A DNA stretch of 64,000 nucleotides from an uncultured Bacteroidota bacterium (GCA_903883965.1 CAISCU010000035.1:25216-89215), one strand, 5' to 3'. Positions 1-11,300 are shown, counted from the stretch's first letter. A program made the numbers and translations. The notes: a model not told the origin generated them from the letters alone.

Positions 1-2
1 AT

Positions 3-3000
3 TTAAGATTTTACAGTAGTTCTGCATCACAGGTGCTTCAATGTTTTGGCAATTTCAACATTCAAACAGGTGGAACTTATAACACCAATACAGCAACAAA
101 TACGAATACTGGCCGGTCTACTTTTATAGGAGGCAACCTAGCGGTCAATGGCAACTTCACTAGCAATACGAATACTTCAAATGCAATATACATCAGTGGC
201 GCAAGCCTCAATATACTATCAGGTGTTGGCCAATTTAGCAACAACGGTATTGCAAGGTTATACATTCAAAACGCTGAAGGAGTTAGAATAGATATGCCTT
301 TTGCTGTTTCCTATGCTTTGTATTTAATTGAAGGTAATTTAAATCCCAATGGAAAACTATCTATAGGTAATATGGCATCTGCCAGCAATGTTACAATCGT
401 AAAAAATGGCCGTTCAATGCTTACTCAACGCCCCTTATTCCCCAATTTAGGAGCCTATACAAGAAGTGTATTTTATGGCGGAATTTGCAATGGGAATATG
501 CCCTCGGCAATGCTTGGCAACGACACTATTTACACAGGATATGAATGCGATTCATTGAATGGTTCTGATGCCATAATACTTGGAAATTTAACCATCAATA
601 CCAGCGGAATTGTAAAACTCAATAGCAATCTTAAAATTGGCAATTCTTCAATTGGTGGAAACTTATCATTGATGAGGGGATTGGTAATCAGTAATGCCTC
701 AAAACTATTGATCATTGGGCCTCTAGGAACAGGTCATATTGGCATTGAACCCTCTAAAAACAGCCCCTATTTTACACCAGGTTCTTATGTTGTAGGGCCC
801 ATTCGTTTTGATAGAGGTAGTAACAATTCAAGTTCAATTTATGTTCCAATTGGCTTGGGTACAGATGGAGTGAATAGTTCTAGTTTTAACAACCAACTCA
901 AAACTTTACAACTCAACCCTGGAACAAATTGGAATGCGCAATCCATTACATTTACTTGTTACACGCAAACAAGTGGTTCATTAGATACAGGTTTAACCAC
1001 AATGGTTACGGATAAAGCCTATCACCTTAACCTAAATGGGGCTAATGATTTATCAATTAGTGCCAGCATTGCAATCAGAGGCATGAATACGACCAGCAGT
1101 TTCAGCGATAAACTTTGTGGCAACAATAACCAGGTTTTTGTGGGTCAATCAACTGCACTTGCGGGCAACAGTTGGAAACGTAAAGGCAATTCAATTGCTA
1201 GTTCTAACAGTCCTTTTGAAAATAACCAATCCTACACTTTTTATTCAGCCAATTCAGGAAATTACAGTCCAATTGCTCCTTTGGCAACTAAAGGAAACTA
1301 TTTCACATTGGTAAGCAATGCCAATCCAGGAACTTTAATCAGCAGTCAAGTAATCAAGAATTCAGACGCTGTTTCTGCTAATACCAAACAGAGCATTTTG
1401 TGTAAAGTTATTCTGAATTGTGGCGGACAAATTCCATTGCAGTTGAATCAAATGACATTCAATTTTAATGGCACAAACAGGCTAAGCAACTTACAATCTT
1501 TTAAGGTATTTTATGGTGCGAATGATTCAGTATTCATCAATGCCAAACAGTATGGCAGTACTTTAAATTCAATCAGTTCAAGTATCAGTATTTCTGCCAA
1601 TCAACAATTGGCAATTGGCAGCAATTACTTTTGGGTATTGGCCGATATTCAATCAACAGCCATTTTAGGTGACAGTATTGCCGTAAACCTAAGCAGTGTA
1701 AATTTCAACACATTTAGCTTTAGTAACTTTACCAATGCGGTGATGTATAAAAAAATTGCTACTCCTTTAAATTATACCTCGGTACTCCCAATTGAAAAGA
1801 AAACAAACCTTGTTGCACAAAATACATTTGACAACTTACTGTTGAAAATTCCCTTGAAATTAAGCAGCACAGGTGCACAAATTTCGCTTACCAAGATAAC
1901 TTTTGACATTAATAACTCCGTTTCTAAAGCTTGGCAAAAATTAAATCAACTGCAATTGTATTACAGTGGCAACCAAAATTCATTGACAGCTGCTACGAAA
2001 ATTGGCAAAGTCAATTTCCCCAATGGAAGTATTGAATTTTCAAATCCAGTTTTATTGAACAAAGACACCAACTATTTTTGGATAACTGGAGACATTGAAA
2101 AATATGCTTCAATAGACGACTCTTTTTCAGTTGCATTGAATACCCTGGAATTGAATGGGAATACAATAATCAATACAAATCAGTCAAGTGCATTTTTTAA
2201 AATAAAACCGGGCTACCCAAGCTCTGCAGCATTGAGCAATACCGACGAAGAAATTTGGGGCTTCAGCATTGGTAATTTAAACAACCAAACAGACTGCAAT
2301 AGCATTGGCGGAAATGGATCTATAGTAAATAGGTACAATGATTACACTTCAATAAGCCCACCTAATTTAACAAAAGGAAACAGTTATAATTTAAACCTTA
2401 AATTGGGATCATGTGCTGCAAATAATTTATCAAATGCTGCAGTTTATATTGACTTTAACCAAAATAATGAATTCAATGATGACGGCGAATTGGTTTATGT
2501 AACAGGCGTTCATAACAGCAACAACATAGGAATACAATTCAATGGATGGGTTAAAATTCCAATATACGCAAAAGCAGGAACCACCCGAATGCGAATTGTA
2601 TATGCTGAACAAATTGAAACGCCTCTCTCTCAAGGATACTACAACCATGGAGAAACAGAAGATTACCTGGTGAACCTCATTGATTTTCCATTCCAAGAAT
2701 ATATATGGACAGGAAATACCTCTAAAAATTACCAAACAGCAAGCAATTGGTTACCATTCAGAAGCTATCCAAATTTCAATGACAAACTGGTATTTAAAAA
2801 AGGAAATTATTGGGTTGATTCTGTCAAATCAGAAACCGTTCGTTGCCTAGAAATTAAAGATTCTTGTTCATTGGTTATACAAAATAAAACTGCCCAAACA
2901 TTGATCGTTTTTGACAGTTTGGTTTTGAATCAACATGTTGCTATTAATTTAAACGAAAATTTGGTAATAGAAGTTGGTATTGACACCATAAAAACTGGCT

Positions 3001-4085
3001 ATATTCTAAACGTAAACTCTGGCCTGTATGGGTCATTAAAACGGTGGTTCAACAAGAGCCAAAATGATTTATTTTTTCCTTTAACTGACAGCTTATTTCA
3101 AACACATTTCTCAAGCATTTCATTCAACCAAAACCCCATTAAATCTGGAGCAATTACATGCAAGTTTATACAGTTAAATCCAGGTTCAGAAGGGCTTCCT
3201 TTTCAATCGGATTATTTCAATGTCAACAAAAATTACCCAAATGGTTACTGGAAAATCACCTCATCTAACCTACCCCTAGGAACAAAGTTTAATTTAACTT
3301 TGTCTGCTAACAATTTGCAAGGCATTCACAATATAAATAAGTTCAGCATTGCATACCGGCCTTGGACTATTAGTAACTGGGGCATGAATGGCACAAATGG
3401 CAACCATACACTCATTGGCAATTGGGCACAAATACGCAGCGAGGGGAACAGTCAATTTGGCGAATTCACCATTGCAGCTGATTCAAACAGCAACTCATTT
3501 AACAACAAACATTATTTAAATATACATTGTTATTTCCAGAGTTTGTATAAGGGCGATGGCTTAATGAACTCAGCATTCAAAGCCTCAGGATTAACTCAGT
3601 TAGATCAATTTGCCGATTCTGTAACAGTGAATTTATGGGAAGCTACTAGCCCTGCCCAATTGGTAAACGCTACACCTGTTTTAATAGACACCTTGGGTTA
3701 CGGTATTACTGAAATACCTGCAACATTAATCGGGAAAAATTGCTATTGGGAGATAAAGCACCGAAATTCAATTGCTACCTGGTCGGCTGAACCTATTTGG
3801 ATGAATGAAGCTTGTAACGCTTATGATTTTACCTATGGCGATTACCTTGCTTTTGGCAATAACCAAGCAGACTTTGGTGATGGGAGTTTTTTAATTTACG
3901 CAGGAGACGTGAACCAAGACGGATTTGTAGATGGCAATGATTTTATTGAAGTTGACAATGACAATGCCTTGTTTTATTCTGGCTACAAAGCTTCTGATGT
4001 CAATGGAGATGGCTTTGTAGATGGCAATGATTTTATCTTATTGGACAACAATAGTTCACTATTTATAGGCAGTTTACAGCCTTAA
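3..4085 (+). CDS. Large secreted/surface multidomain protein (5'-partial): two BNR_assoc_N-like repeats, GEVED domain, C-terminal dockerin/EF-hand-like module
   Basis: Frame is open to the window edge. Two repeats end in 'NYFWV/I..DI'; GEVED-like 'AVYIDFNQNNEFND..GE...TRMRI...GETEDYLV'; C-terminal duplicated DVNxDGFVDGND motifs. Confidence 0.75.
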   Translation, partial: LRFYSSSASQVLQCFGNFNIQTGGTYNTNTATNTNTGRSTFIGGNLAVNGNFTSNTNTSNAIYISGASLNILSGVGQFSNNGIARLYIQNAEGVRIDMPFAVSYALYLIEGNLNPNGKLSIGNMASASNVTIVKNGRSMLTQRPLFPNLGAYTRSVFYGGICNGNMPSAMLGNDTIYTGYECDSLNGSDAIILGNLTINTSGIVKLNSNLKIGNSSIGGNLSLMRGLVISNASKLLIIGPLGTGHIGIEPSKNSPYFTPGSYVVGPIRFDRGSNNSSSIYVPIGLGTDGVNSSSFNNQLKTLQLNPGTNWNAQSITFTCYTQTSGSLDTGLTTMVTDKAYHLNLNGANDLSISASIAIRGMNTTSSFSDKLCGNNNQVFVGQSTALAGNSWKRKGNSIASSNSPFENNQSYTFYSANSGNYSPIAPLATKGNYFTLVSNANPGTLISSQVIKNSDAVSANTKQSILCKVILNCGGQIPLQLNQMTFNFNGTNRLSNLQSFKVFYGANDSVFINAKQYGSTLNSISSSISISANQQLAIGSNYFWVLADIQSTAILGDSIAVNLSSVNFNTFSFSNFTNAVMYKKIATPLNYTSVLPIEKKTNLVAQNTFDNLLLKIPLKLSSTGAQISLTKITFDINNSVSKAWQKLNQLQLYYSGNQNSLTAATKIGKVNFPNGSIEFSNPVLLNKDTNYFWITGDIEKYASIDDSFSVALNTLELNGNTIINTNQSSAFFKIKPGYPSSAALSNTDEEIWGFSIGNLNNQTDCNSIGGNGSIVNRYNDYTSISPPNLTKGNSYNLNLKLGSCAANNLSNAAVYIDFNQNNEFNDDGELVYVTGVHNSNNIGIQFNGWVKIPIYAKAGTTRMRIVYAEQIETPLSQGYYNHGETEDYLVNLIDFPFQEYIWTGNTSKNYQTASNWLPFRSYPNFNDKLVFKKGNYWVDSVKSETVRCLEIKDSCSLVIQNKTAQTLIVFDSLVLNQHVAINLNENLVIEVGIDTIKTGYILNVNSGLYGSLKRWFNKSQNDLFFPLTDSLFQTHFSSISFNQNPIKSGAITCKFIQLNPGSEGLPFQSDYFNVNKNYPNGYWKITSSNLPLGTKFNLTLSANNLQGIHNINKFSIAYRPWTISNWGMNGTNGNHTLIGNWAQIRSEGNSQFGEFTIAADSNSNSFNNKHYLNIHCYFQSLYKGDGLMNSAFKASGLTQLDQFADSVTVNLWEATSPAQLVNATPVLIDTLGYGITEIPATLIGKNCYWEIKHRNSIATWSAEPIWMNEACNAYDFTYGDYLAFGNNQADFGDGSFLIYAGDVNQDGFVDGNDFIEVDNDNALFYSGYKASDVNGDGFVDGNDFILLDNNSSLFIGSLQP
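3924..4036 (+). repeat. 23-bp exact direct repeat (tttgtagatggcaatgattttat) at 3924-3946 and 4014-4036, encoding the two Ca-binding-like loops
   Basis: Read directly; copies are 90 bp apart and in frame. Confidence 0.9.
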
Positions 4086-4148
4086 TCAACCTAATTTGGC
4101 AGGAATGATTACTTTGTCTTAAATTGCAAGCTTAAACAGCAAGAAACT

Positions 4149-5123
4149 ATGGAAGGTGTTATTTCAAAATTTGAGGGCATGCGCGTTTTGGTAATCGGTG
4201 ATGTGATGATTGATGCTTATTTAATGGGCCAAGTTGACCGCATTTCTCCAGAAGCACCTGTTCCTGTTGTAGCTGTAAAATCAAAAGAAAACCGATTGGG
4301 TGGTGCGGCAAATGTGGCCATGAACTTAGTGGCTTTAGGCGCTAAACCAATTTTATGTTCTGTAATTGGTGAAGACCAAGAAGGACGTGACTTACTTGCA
4401 ATTCTAGAAAATGAAAAAATCGGAACTGAGGGCATCATTTGTTCAAAAGAAAGAATTACAACAGTTAAAACCAGGGTCATTGCACAACAACACCAAATGC
4501 TCAGAATAGACCAAGAAATGTCTAACCCTATAAGCGAATATGATAGCTTTTTATTGGCTAAAAGAATCACAACAGATTTGTTACCTGCATGCGATGTCAT
4601 CATATTCGAAGACTATGACAAAGGTGTTATTTCAGCAACTTTGATTAAACAAATTGTAGCTGAAGCACACAAAAGAAATATTAAAATTGCTGTAGACCCT
4701 AAAAAAAGAAACTTCAACGACTACCTAGGTGTTGATTTATTCAAACCCAATTTAAAAGAGTTAAAAGAGGGTTACCAAATGGACTTAGATCCTTCTGATA
4801 AAACCGAATTTGAAAAAGGTATTTTAGCCTTTATGCACAGCAAAGAAATTAAAAACATCATGGTTACGCTAAGTGAAAGGGGTGTTATGATCAGTGATGG
4901 AAAAAAGTTCGATTACATCCCAGCACATATTCGTAAAATTGCTGATGTAAGTGGAGCTGGAGATACTGTAATTAGTGTTGCAGCGCTTTGTCTTGCTCTA
5001 GAATTACCCAACAATCAAATTGCCGGGTTAGCTAATTTAGCTGGTGGATTGGTTTGTGAAGAAGTGGGAGTAGTTCCCATAAACAAAAAAAGGCTGATTC
5101 AAGAATCAGCCCTCATTCAGTAA
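4149..5123 (+). CDS. rfaE1: D-glycero-beta-D-manno-heptose-7-phosphate kinase (RfaE/HldE kinase domain, PfkB family)
   Basis: VIGDVMID..RISPEAPVPV, GGAANVA, DYDKG and DVSGAGDTV motifs. Confidence 0.9.
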   Translation: MEGVISKFEGMRVLVIGDVMIDAYLMGQVDRISPEAPVPVVAVKSKENRLGGAANVAMNLVALGAKPILCSVIGEDQEGRDLLAILENEKIGTEGIICSKERITTVKTRVIAQQHQMLRIDQEMSNPISEYDSFLLAKRITTDLLPACDVIIFEDYDKGVISATLIKQIVAEAHKRNIKIAVDPKKRNFNDYLGVDLFKPNLKELKEGYQMDLDPSDKTEFEKGILAFMHSKEIKNIMVTLSERGVMISDGKKFDYIPAHIRKIADVSGAGDTVISVAALCLALELPNNQIAGLANLAGGLVCEEVGVVPINKKRLIQESALIQ

Positions 5124-5133
5124 ATTTTATACT

Positions 5134-5670
5134 TTAAAATTTATTCTTCCACATCATACTTTCAACTGGTTTCACACCTCTTGAATTGTATTTGGCATTT
5201 TGCTTGGTATTGTACATGGTTTCAATATCACCTTCAACTACAAAATAGATCAATTGTCCAATTGGCATGCCCGCATAAATTCTTACCGGTTGAGCGCAAC
5301 TAATTTCAAGTGTCCAGGTATTGCAAAAACCCACATCCCCTTTTCCGGCAGTTGCATGAATGTCTATTCCTAACCTTCCGGTACTTGATTTCCCTTCCAG
5401 AAAAGGTACATGTTTATGCGTTTCGGTGTATTCTGCTGTTACACCCAAATACAAAGTATTGGGTTGCAATACAAATCCCTCTTGTGGTATTTCAAACGTT
5501 TCAATTTGGTTGTGAACTCGCGCATCTAAAACCCTGTCTTTATAGGTTGCCAAATAACGACCTAAATGCACATCATAGCTATTCGTACCTAAACATTCTT
5601 TTTTAAATGGTTCGATTAAAATGCTGCCAGAGGCTATCTCTTCTAGTATTCTTTTATCGGAAAGTATCAT
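5134..5670 (-). CDS. dcd: dCTP deaminase
   Basis: MILSD start, NSYDVHLG, EGKSSTGRLG, GFCNTWTLEI, PIGQL motifs. Confidence 0.93.
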   Translation of the reverse strand: MILSDKRILEEIASGSILIEPFKKECLGTNSYDVHLGRYLATYKDRVLDARVHNQIETFEIPQEGFVLQPNTLYLGVTAEYTETHKHVPFLEGKSSTGRLGIDIHATAGKGDVGFCNTWTLEISCAQPVRIYAGMPIGQLIYFVVEGDIETMYNTKQNAKYNSRGVKPVESMMWKNKF

Positions 5671-5743
5671 GTTTCTTTTTTTAGCAAATTAAAGTTTACG
5701 ATTCATAAAAATCTAATTAATTTGGCATTTTTAAAAGAAAAAC

Positions 5744-6289
5744 ATGAATAACCAAATAGAATTAGGAATAGGAAGTCGAATCAAACACAACGAATATGGA
5801 GATGGTGTCATTACCAATGTTAAAAGTACTCATTATAAAATAGTATTTATTCAAGAAGGGCCAAAAGAAATAGCAAAAGATAGTTTACAGATTGAGGTAA
5901 TTGAAGCAGTTGATAGCCCAGAAGATATGATTAGCAGTGCCGAAATGGAACGTACTTTAATAGGTATTTTAAAACGTTGGACCGACATTCCAGAACAGGT
6001 AAGTTTACACGGGAAATGGACTGGTGGTAAACTCATCCTTCAACCAGGAGATACAAACTTGAGCGAAAAAGAAATTCCAATCGATACCTTTTTTCATAAA
6101 ATAATCATGTTAAGAGATAGGCTGAGAGTGATGGAACAAAGAATCAATTCAAACGAGAAACTCAATGACGAAGACAAAATAAACCTACAACAATATTTGA
6201 CTAAAATTTATGGTTCTTTGACAACATTCAATGTGTTGTTCAAATACCAGCATGATTATTTTATTGGAGAGAAAAGTAAAGAAGATTAA
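5744..6289 (+). CDS. Conserved hypothetical protein, N-terminal Tudor/SH3-like segment
   Basis: 181-aa ORF with A-rich start context; GSRIKHNEYGDGVI N-terminus and helical C-terminal FFHKIIMLRDRLRVMEQ block. Confidence 0.75.
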   Translation: MNNQIELGIGSRIKHNEYGDGVITNVKSTHYKIVFIQEGPKEIAKDSLQIEVIEAVDSPEDMISSAEMERTLIGILKRWTDIPEQVSLHGKWTGGKLILQPGDTNLSEKEIPIDTFFHKIIMLRDRLRVMEQRINSNEKLNDEDKINLQQYLTKIYGSLTTFNVLFKYQHDYFIGEKSKED

Positions 6290-7194
6290 TTGAGTTCATC
6301 TTCATTGATATCCCACAAATAAATACTCCTGTCATCGCTGCCTGAAATAAATTGGGTAGCTGACAACCAACAAATTTTATTTACCGAATGCTTGTGTGCT
6401 TTGAGCTTGGTTTGATCTATTACTTTGAGCAGTTGAGCTGTTTCTGGATTCCAAATTTTAATTGACTTGTCCATACTTGCCGATGCCAATAATTTTGAAC
6501 CCGGATTAAATGCCAAACTGTTGATATGAGAAAGATGGGCAGGAATGTTTTCTATGGCTTGGTGATTTTGCCAAAATCTTAAGTAAGCATCGCGTCCTCC
6601 ACTTACCAAAGCACCTGTATTTTGATTTACAGCCAATGCAAACACTGATTGTGTATGCCCTACGAGTTCTTGTTTGAGTTCGGGTTTATTAGTTCCAGAA
6701 AAAAAACGAATGGTATGATCGCTGTAGCCTACATAAAAATTAGCATTGTTTAATCCAGGAGCAATTACCCTTGCTGACATGTTTGAGAATTTGAGCTGAA
6801 ACTGCTTGTTAAATGTATTCAGTTCCCATGCATTGACAACACCATCCGCACCAGCAGACAACAACTGATTGCCAAAAAATTTTAAATCAAAAACTGCGCC
6901 TTCATGCGCCTTTAATTGAATGACGATTTGATTCCTTACTACATCAAAAATGGCAATATTGCCATTGGCTGTTCCTACGGCAATAAGTTGCGAATGGTGG
7001 TTCAATTTACAAATGGTATAAATAGGGCTATCTAGCTTAAACAATACCATTCCTGTTTCTGGTTGATTGATGTGCCACTTTACCAAATAGCCATCTGCAG
7101 CACCAGAAAAAAATTCACCTGCATCAAAGGCAGTACTCAACGCATAAATGGCCCCAATATGTCCTTCAAATGTGCTCGTATTTTGTACAATCAT
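6286..7194 (-). CDS. WD40-repeat beta-propeller protein
   Basis: Repeated GH...SG/SA.D..I..W units. Start revised to ATG at 7194 (MIVQNTSTFEGH) because the longer ORF overlaps the divergent gene. Confidence 0.88.
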   Translation of the reverse strand: MIVQNTSTFEGHIGAIYALSTAFDAGEFFSGAADGYLVKWHINQPETGMVLFKLDSPIYTICKLNHHSQLIAVGTANGNIAIFDVVRNQIVIQLKAHEGAVFDLKFFGNQLLSAGADGVVNAWELNTFNKQFQLKFSNMSARVIAPGLNNANFYVGYSDHTIRFFSGTNKPELKQELVGHTQSVFALAVNQNTGALVSGGRDAYLRFWQNHQAIENIPAHLSHINSLAFNPGSKLLASASMDKSIKIWNPETAQLLKVIDQTKLKAHKHSVNKICWLSATQFISGSDDRSIYLWDINEDELN

Positions 7195-7245
7195 CTTACA
7201 AATTAATTGGATTAAATAGAAAGATGTAAATTTACCCAAATAAAT

Positions 7246-7881
7246 ATGCCACTCTTCAAACATATCACATTGCCCAATGAGAGTCAGATAGGAATTTGGG
7301 AAATTACAGAAACCTTGCAAACACTAAGTGAGCAATTGGGCAATAGTATTGAAGAACCCTCAAAAAATAATTTTAAAAAAGAAGTTCACCAGTTGCAATG
7401 GTATGCAAGCAGGTTGCTCCTAAAATACATTTTTGGCCCTGCTAAAATAATCCTTGATAAGGATGAGTTCAATAAACCAAGCTTGTTAATAGATGGACAG
7501 CATTATGCCATCAGTATTTCACATACCGGAAAATATGCTGCAATTTTTATTGCAAAAAACAAAGACCTTGGCATTGACTTAGAAAAAATAGACGATCGTA
7601 TTCTAATTGTTTCACATAAATTCTTAAACGAACAAGAAATTGAAATATTGAACCATACTACCATAAATAAAACATTAGCTTGCACAAAAATTTGGTCTGC
7701 CAAAGAAACTATGTATAAATTGTACGGCAAGAAGTCGCTCGATTTTAAGAAGAATCTGCTCATCCAAAGTATAGACAAGCCCTTAAAAGGGTGTATATTC
7801 ACCAAAGATTTACATTTTGAACTCGATATAGATTTTATTTTTATTGATGATTTTATCTTAACATATGCAAGTAGACAATAG
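7246..7881 (+). CDS. 4'-phosphopantetheinyl transferase family protein
   Basis: ISISHT, LGIDLE and WSAKETMYK motifs. Confidence 0.9.
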   Translation: MPLFKHITLPNESQIGIWEITETLQTLSEQLGNSIEEPSKNNFKKEVHQLQWYASRLLLKYIFGPAKIILDKDEFNKPSLLIDGQHYAISISHTGKYAAIFIAKNKDLGIDLEKIDDRILIVSHKFLNEQEIEILNHTTINKTLACTKIWSAKETMYKLYGKKSLDFKKNLLIQSIDKPLKGCIFTKDLHFELDIDFIFIDDFILTYASRQ

Positions 7882-8290
7882 CTTTTTTAAACAAATAGAA
7901 CATATCGGAATTGCAATTAAAGACCCTGAAAAAAGCATTCCTATTTTCAATTTACTGTTCAATTCAACGCCCTATAAATCAGAAGCAGTCGTATCAGAAC
8001 ATGTGCTCACACATTTTTACCAATGCGGTCCAAATAAAATTGAGCTCTTAGAACCAACATCTGAAGAAAGCGCCATTGCCAAATTCATTGAAAAAAAAGG
8101 AGAAGGCATACACCACATTGCTTTTGCAGTTGAAAACATTGAACAAGAAATGACCAGACTCAAACATGCTGGTTTTCAATTTATCAATGAAATTCCTAAA
8201 AAAGGGGCAGACAATAAACTCATTGCATTTCTTCACCCTAAGTCTTGCAATGGGGTTTTGATAGAATTGTGTCAGGAAATCGCTGAATAA
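7865..8290 (+). CDS. mce: Methylmalonyl-CoA epimerase (VOC family)
   Basis: IEHIGIA, KIELLEP, GEGIHHIAF and FLHPKSCNGVLIELCQ motifs. Confidence 0.9.
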   Translation: MQVDNSFFKQIEHIGIAIKDPEKSIPIFNLLFNSTPYKSEAVVSEHVLTHFYQCGPNKIELLEPTSEESAIAKFIEKKGEGIHHIAFAVENIEQEMTRLKHAGFQFINEIPKKGADNKLIAFLHPKSCNGVLIELCQEIAE

Positions 8291-8310
8291 ATTTCTTCGC
8301 AGATTGTATG

Positions 8311-8318
8311 TATCTTTG
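8311..8318 (+). promoter_or_regulatory. Bacteroidota housekeeping promoter -7 element (TATCTTTG) for mfd
   Basis: Exact TAnnTTTG match 40 nt upstream of the mfd ATG. Confidence 0.7.
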
Positions 8319-8358
8319 TGTGCCCGAAAACCATTCGGGCTAAACTTGTTCGTACCAA

Positions 8359-11300
8359 ATGAAAATACAAGAATTACTGGCATTATACAGTCAAACATCA
8401 CAAATACAAACCATACATTCTGAACTCAATACGTCTAAATGCAGAATCCACCTAAACGGTAGCATTGGCTCCGGAATTGGAATTATAGCAGGGAGTTTAT
8501 TCTTAGTCAATCCGCAAACCAATGTATTTGTATTCAATGACGATGACGATGCCATTGATTTTTACTCTGATTTGAGCAATGTTCTTGAAGGCAAAACCAT
8601 CTGCTTTTACCCAGGATCTTTTAAAAGAAAATTCCTACCTGGTACTTATGAAGATAGCTTGGTATTAGAAAGAGCAGAAACTTTAAACCGATTAAAAAAC
8701 AACAGCAATCAATTAATTGTAACAACAGCCGATGCAATAGCTGAATGGGTAATAGACGAGCAAGAACTCGAGAGTAACACTTATGAAATTAAACAAAATA
8801 CCAATTTAGACATCGATTTTTTTATTGAGTTTCTAAATGAACATGAATTTGACCGTGTTGATTTTGTATATGAACCCGGAACCTATAGCATTCGAGGAGG
8901 AATCATTGATGTGTTTTCATTCAGCAATGAACAACCCTATAGAATTGAATTGAATGAAGAAACCATTGAAAGCATTCGAGTGTTTAACCCAAACGATCAA
9001 CTTTCGTTGAAAAAAGTTGACCACTTTTACATTATCCCACATATTCAAAAAACTAAAAACAAGAGCCAAGATTTTTTTCATTATTTACCCGCACAAACCA
9101 ATTTGTGGTTTCAAGATATCAACCTCTCAAAAGAACAAGTGAATCTTGGCACTGAAAAGGCCGAAAAATGGTTCAATTCAAACCCAGAACACGAACTCAA
9201 CTTCAACCAAGTATCAGCCATCTGGATGCAGGCAGCAGATTTCTTAAAATCAATCAATCCCTTTCATATCATTGAATTTGGCTCACAAAAACACTTTAAT
9301 CAAGGTGTTTGTAAAGTTGAATTTAAAATGAGTCCACAGCCGGCTTTTCATAAAAATTTCAAATTACTGATTGCCAATCTGAATCAAAATTCGGCACTCA
9401 ACATCAACAATATTATTTTCAGTGAAAGCAGTCGACAAATTGAAAGATTGTACACCATTTTTGAGGATTTAGATGGGAAAGTTCAATTTGAGCCCATCTA
9501 CCATGGCATCAGTAATGGCTTTATAGATCATGAATTAAAATTGGCTTGTTATACTGAACGTCTCATATTTGATAGAACAAACAGAGGCCGACATAGAGCA
9601 AGCTACTCCGGCAATAAAATTCTTTCCTTAAAAGAACTCAAGGAATTGAAACCTGGAGATTACGTTACACACATTGATCATGGCATAGGTAAATTTGCTG
9701 GACTCGAAAAATTAGAAATCAATGGGCATATTCAAGAAGCAGTTCGATTGGTTTATAAGAACGACGATTTGCTTTATGTCAGTATCAATTCTTTGCATAA
9801 AATTACCAAATATGTTGGTAAAGAAGGAACAGCTCCCAAAATGAACAAATTGGGTTCAGATGCTTGGGAAAAACTCAAATCAACTACCAAGAAGAAAGTA
9901 AAAGACATCGCCCGAGATTTAATTAAACTGTATGCAAAAAGAAAATCTCAATCTGGCCATGCATTTCAGCCAGACAATTTCATGCAAATTGAACTGGAAG
10001 CCTCTTTTATGTATGAAGACACCCCCGACCAATTAAAAGCCACCCTAGAGCTTAAAAAGGACATGGAAAGCCCACATCCAATGGACAGGTTAATCTGTGG
10101 TGATGTTGGTTTCGGCAAAACAGAAGTAGCAATTAGAGCAGCTTTTAAAGCCATATGCGACAGTAAACAAGTAGCAGTTTTGGTTCCAACTACTATTTTA
10201 GCCAATCAACATTACAGAACTTTTAAAGAGAGACTCAAAGATTTTCCATGTACCATTGATTATGTCAATAGATTTAAAAGTGCTGCCGAAACTAAAAAAG
10301 TATTAGAGGCTGTCAAAGCAGGAAAAGTGGATTTGTTAATTGGCACACATAAATTACTCAACAAAGCAGTAGAATTTAAAGACATCGGGTTGCTAATAAT
10401 AGACGAAGAACAAAAATTTGGGGTAGCTGCTAAAGAAAAACTTAAAGCACTTAAAACCAATGTCGATACGCTAACGCTTACAGCTACGCCTATTCCGAGA
10501 ACCTTGCATTTTTCACTAATGGGCGCAAGAGATTTATCAGTCATTAACACACCGCCACCCAATAGACAACCCGTCAATACTGAACTTCACAATTACAATG
10601 AAAGCATTATACAAGAAGCCATTTTGCAAGAAGTAGAAAGAGGTGGTCAGGTATTTTTTGTGCACCATAGAGTCAAAGACATTTATGAAGTGGCCGATAC
10701 AATAGCTCGCATTTGCCCTGGTGTAAAAGTGGGTGTGGCACATGGACAATTGGAGGGCGAAAAGCTCGAAGATGTCATGATTAAATTTATTGAAGGAGAA
10801 TACGACGTATTGGTGGCTACAACCATTATTGAAGCTGGATTAGACATACCCAATGCCAACACCATCATCATTAATAATGCCAATATGTTTGGCTTAAGCG
10901 ATTTACACCAAATGAGAGGAAGGGTTGGCCGTAGCAATAAAAAGGCTTTCTGTTATTTATTGGTACCAGGTATCATTTCACTTACCAATGATGCAAGAAG
11001 AAGGTTACAAGCCATTGAGGAATTCAGTGATTTAGGAAGTGGATTCAATGTTGCCATGAGAGACTTAGACATTAGAGGTGCTGGCAATTTATTGGGAGGC
11101 GAACAAAGTGGTTTTATTGCTGAGATTGGATTTGAAATGTACCATAAAATCTTAGACGAAGCCATACATGAATTAAAAGATGATGAATTTGCAGAACTGT
11201 TTCAAAACGAAGACAAATCTTACAAATTAGAAGCGCGTGATTGCAATTTAGAAACAGATTTTGAAGCACTCATTCCAGATAAGTACATTCGAAATTCAGC

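Noticed and set aside
7195-7320. Long head-to-head CDS overlaps implied by the ORF track (WD40/PPTase; also 44637-44695 ferredoxin/YbaB)
   Set aside because: Artefacts of longest-ORF start choice; downstream ATGs fit the family N-termini and promoter positions.
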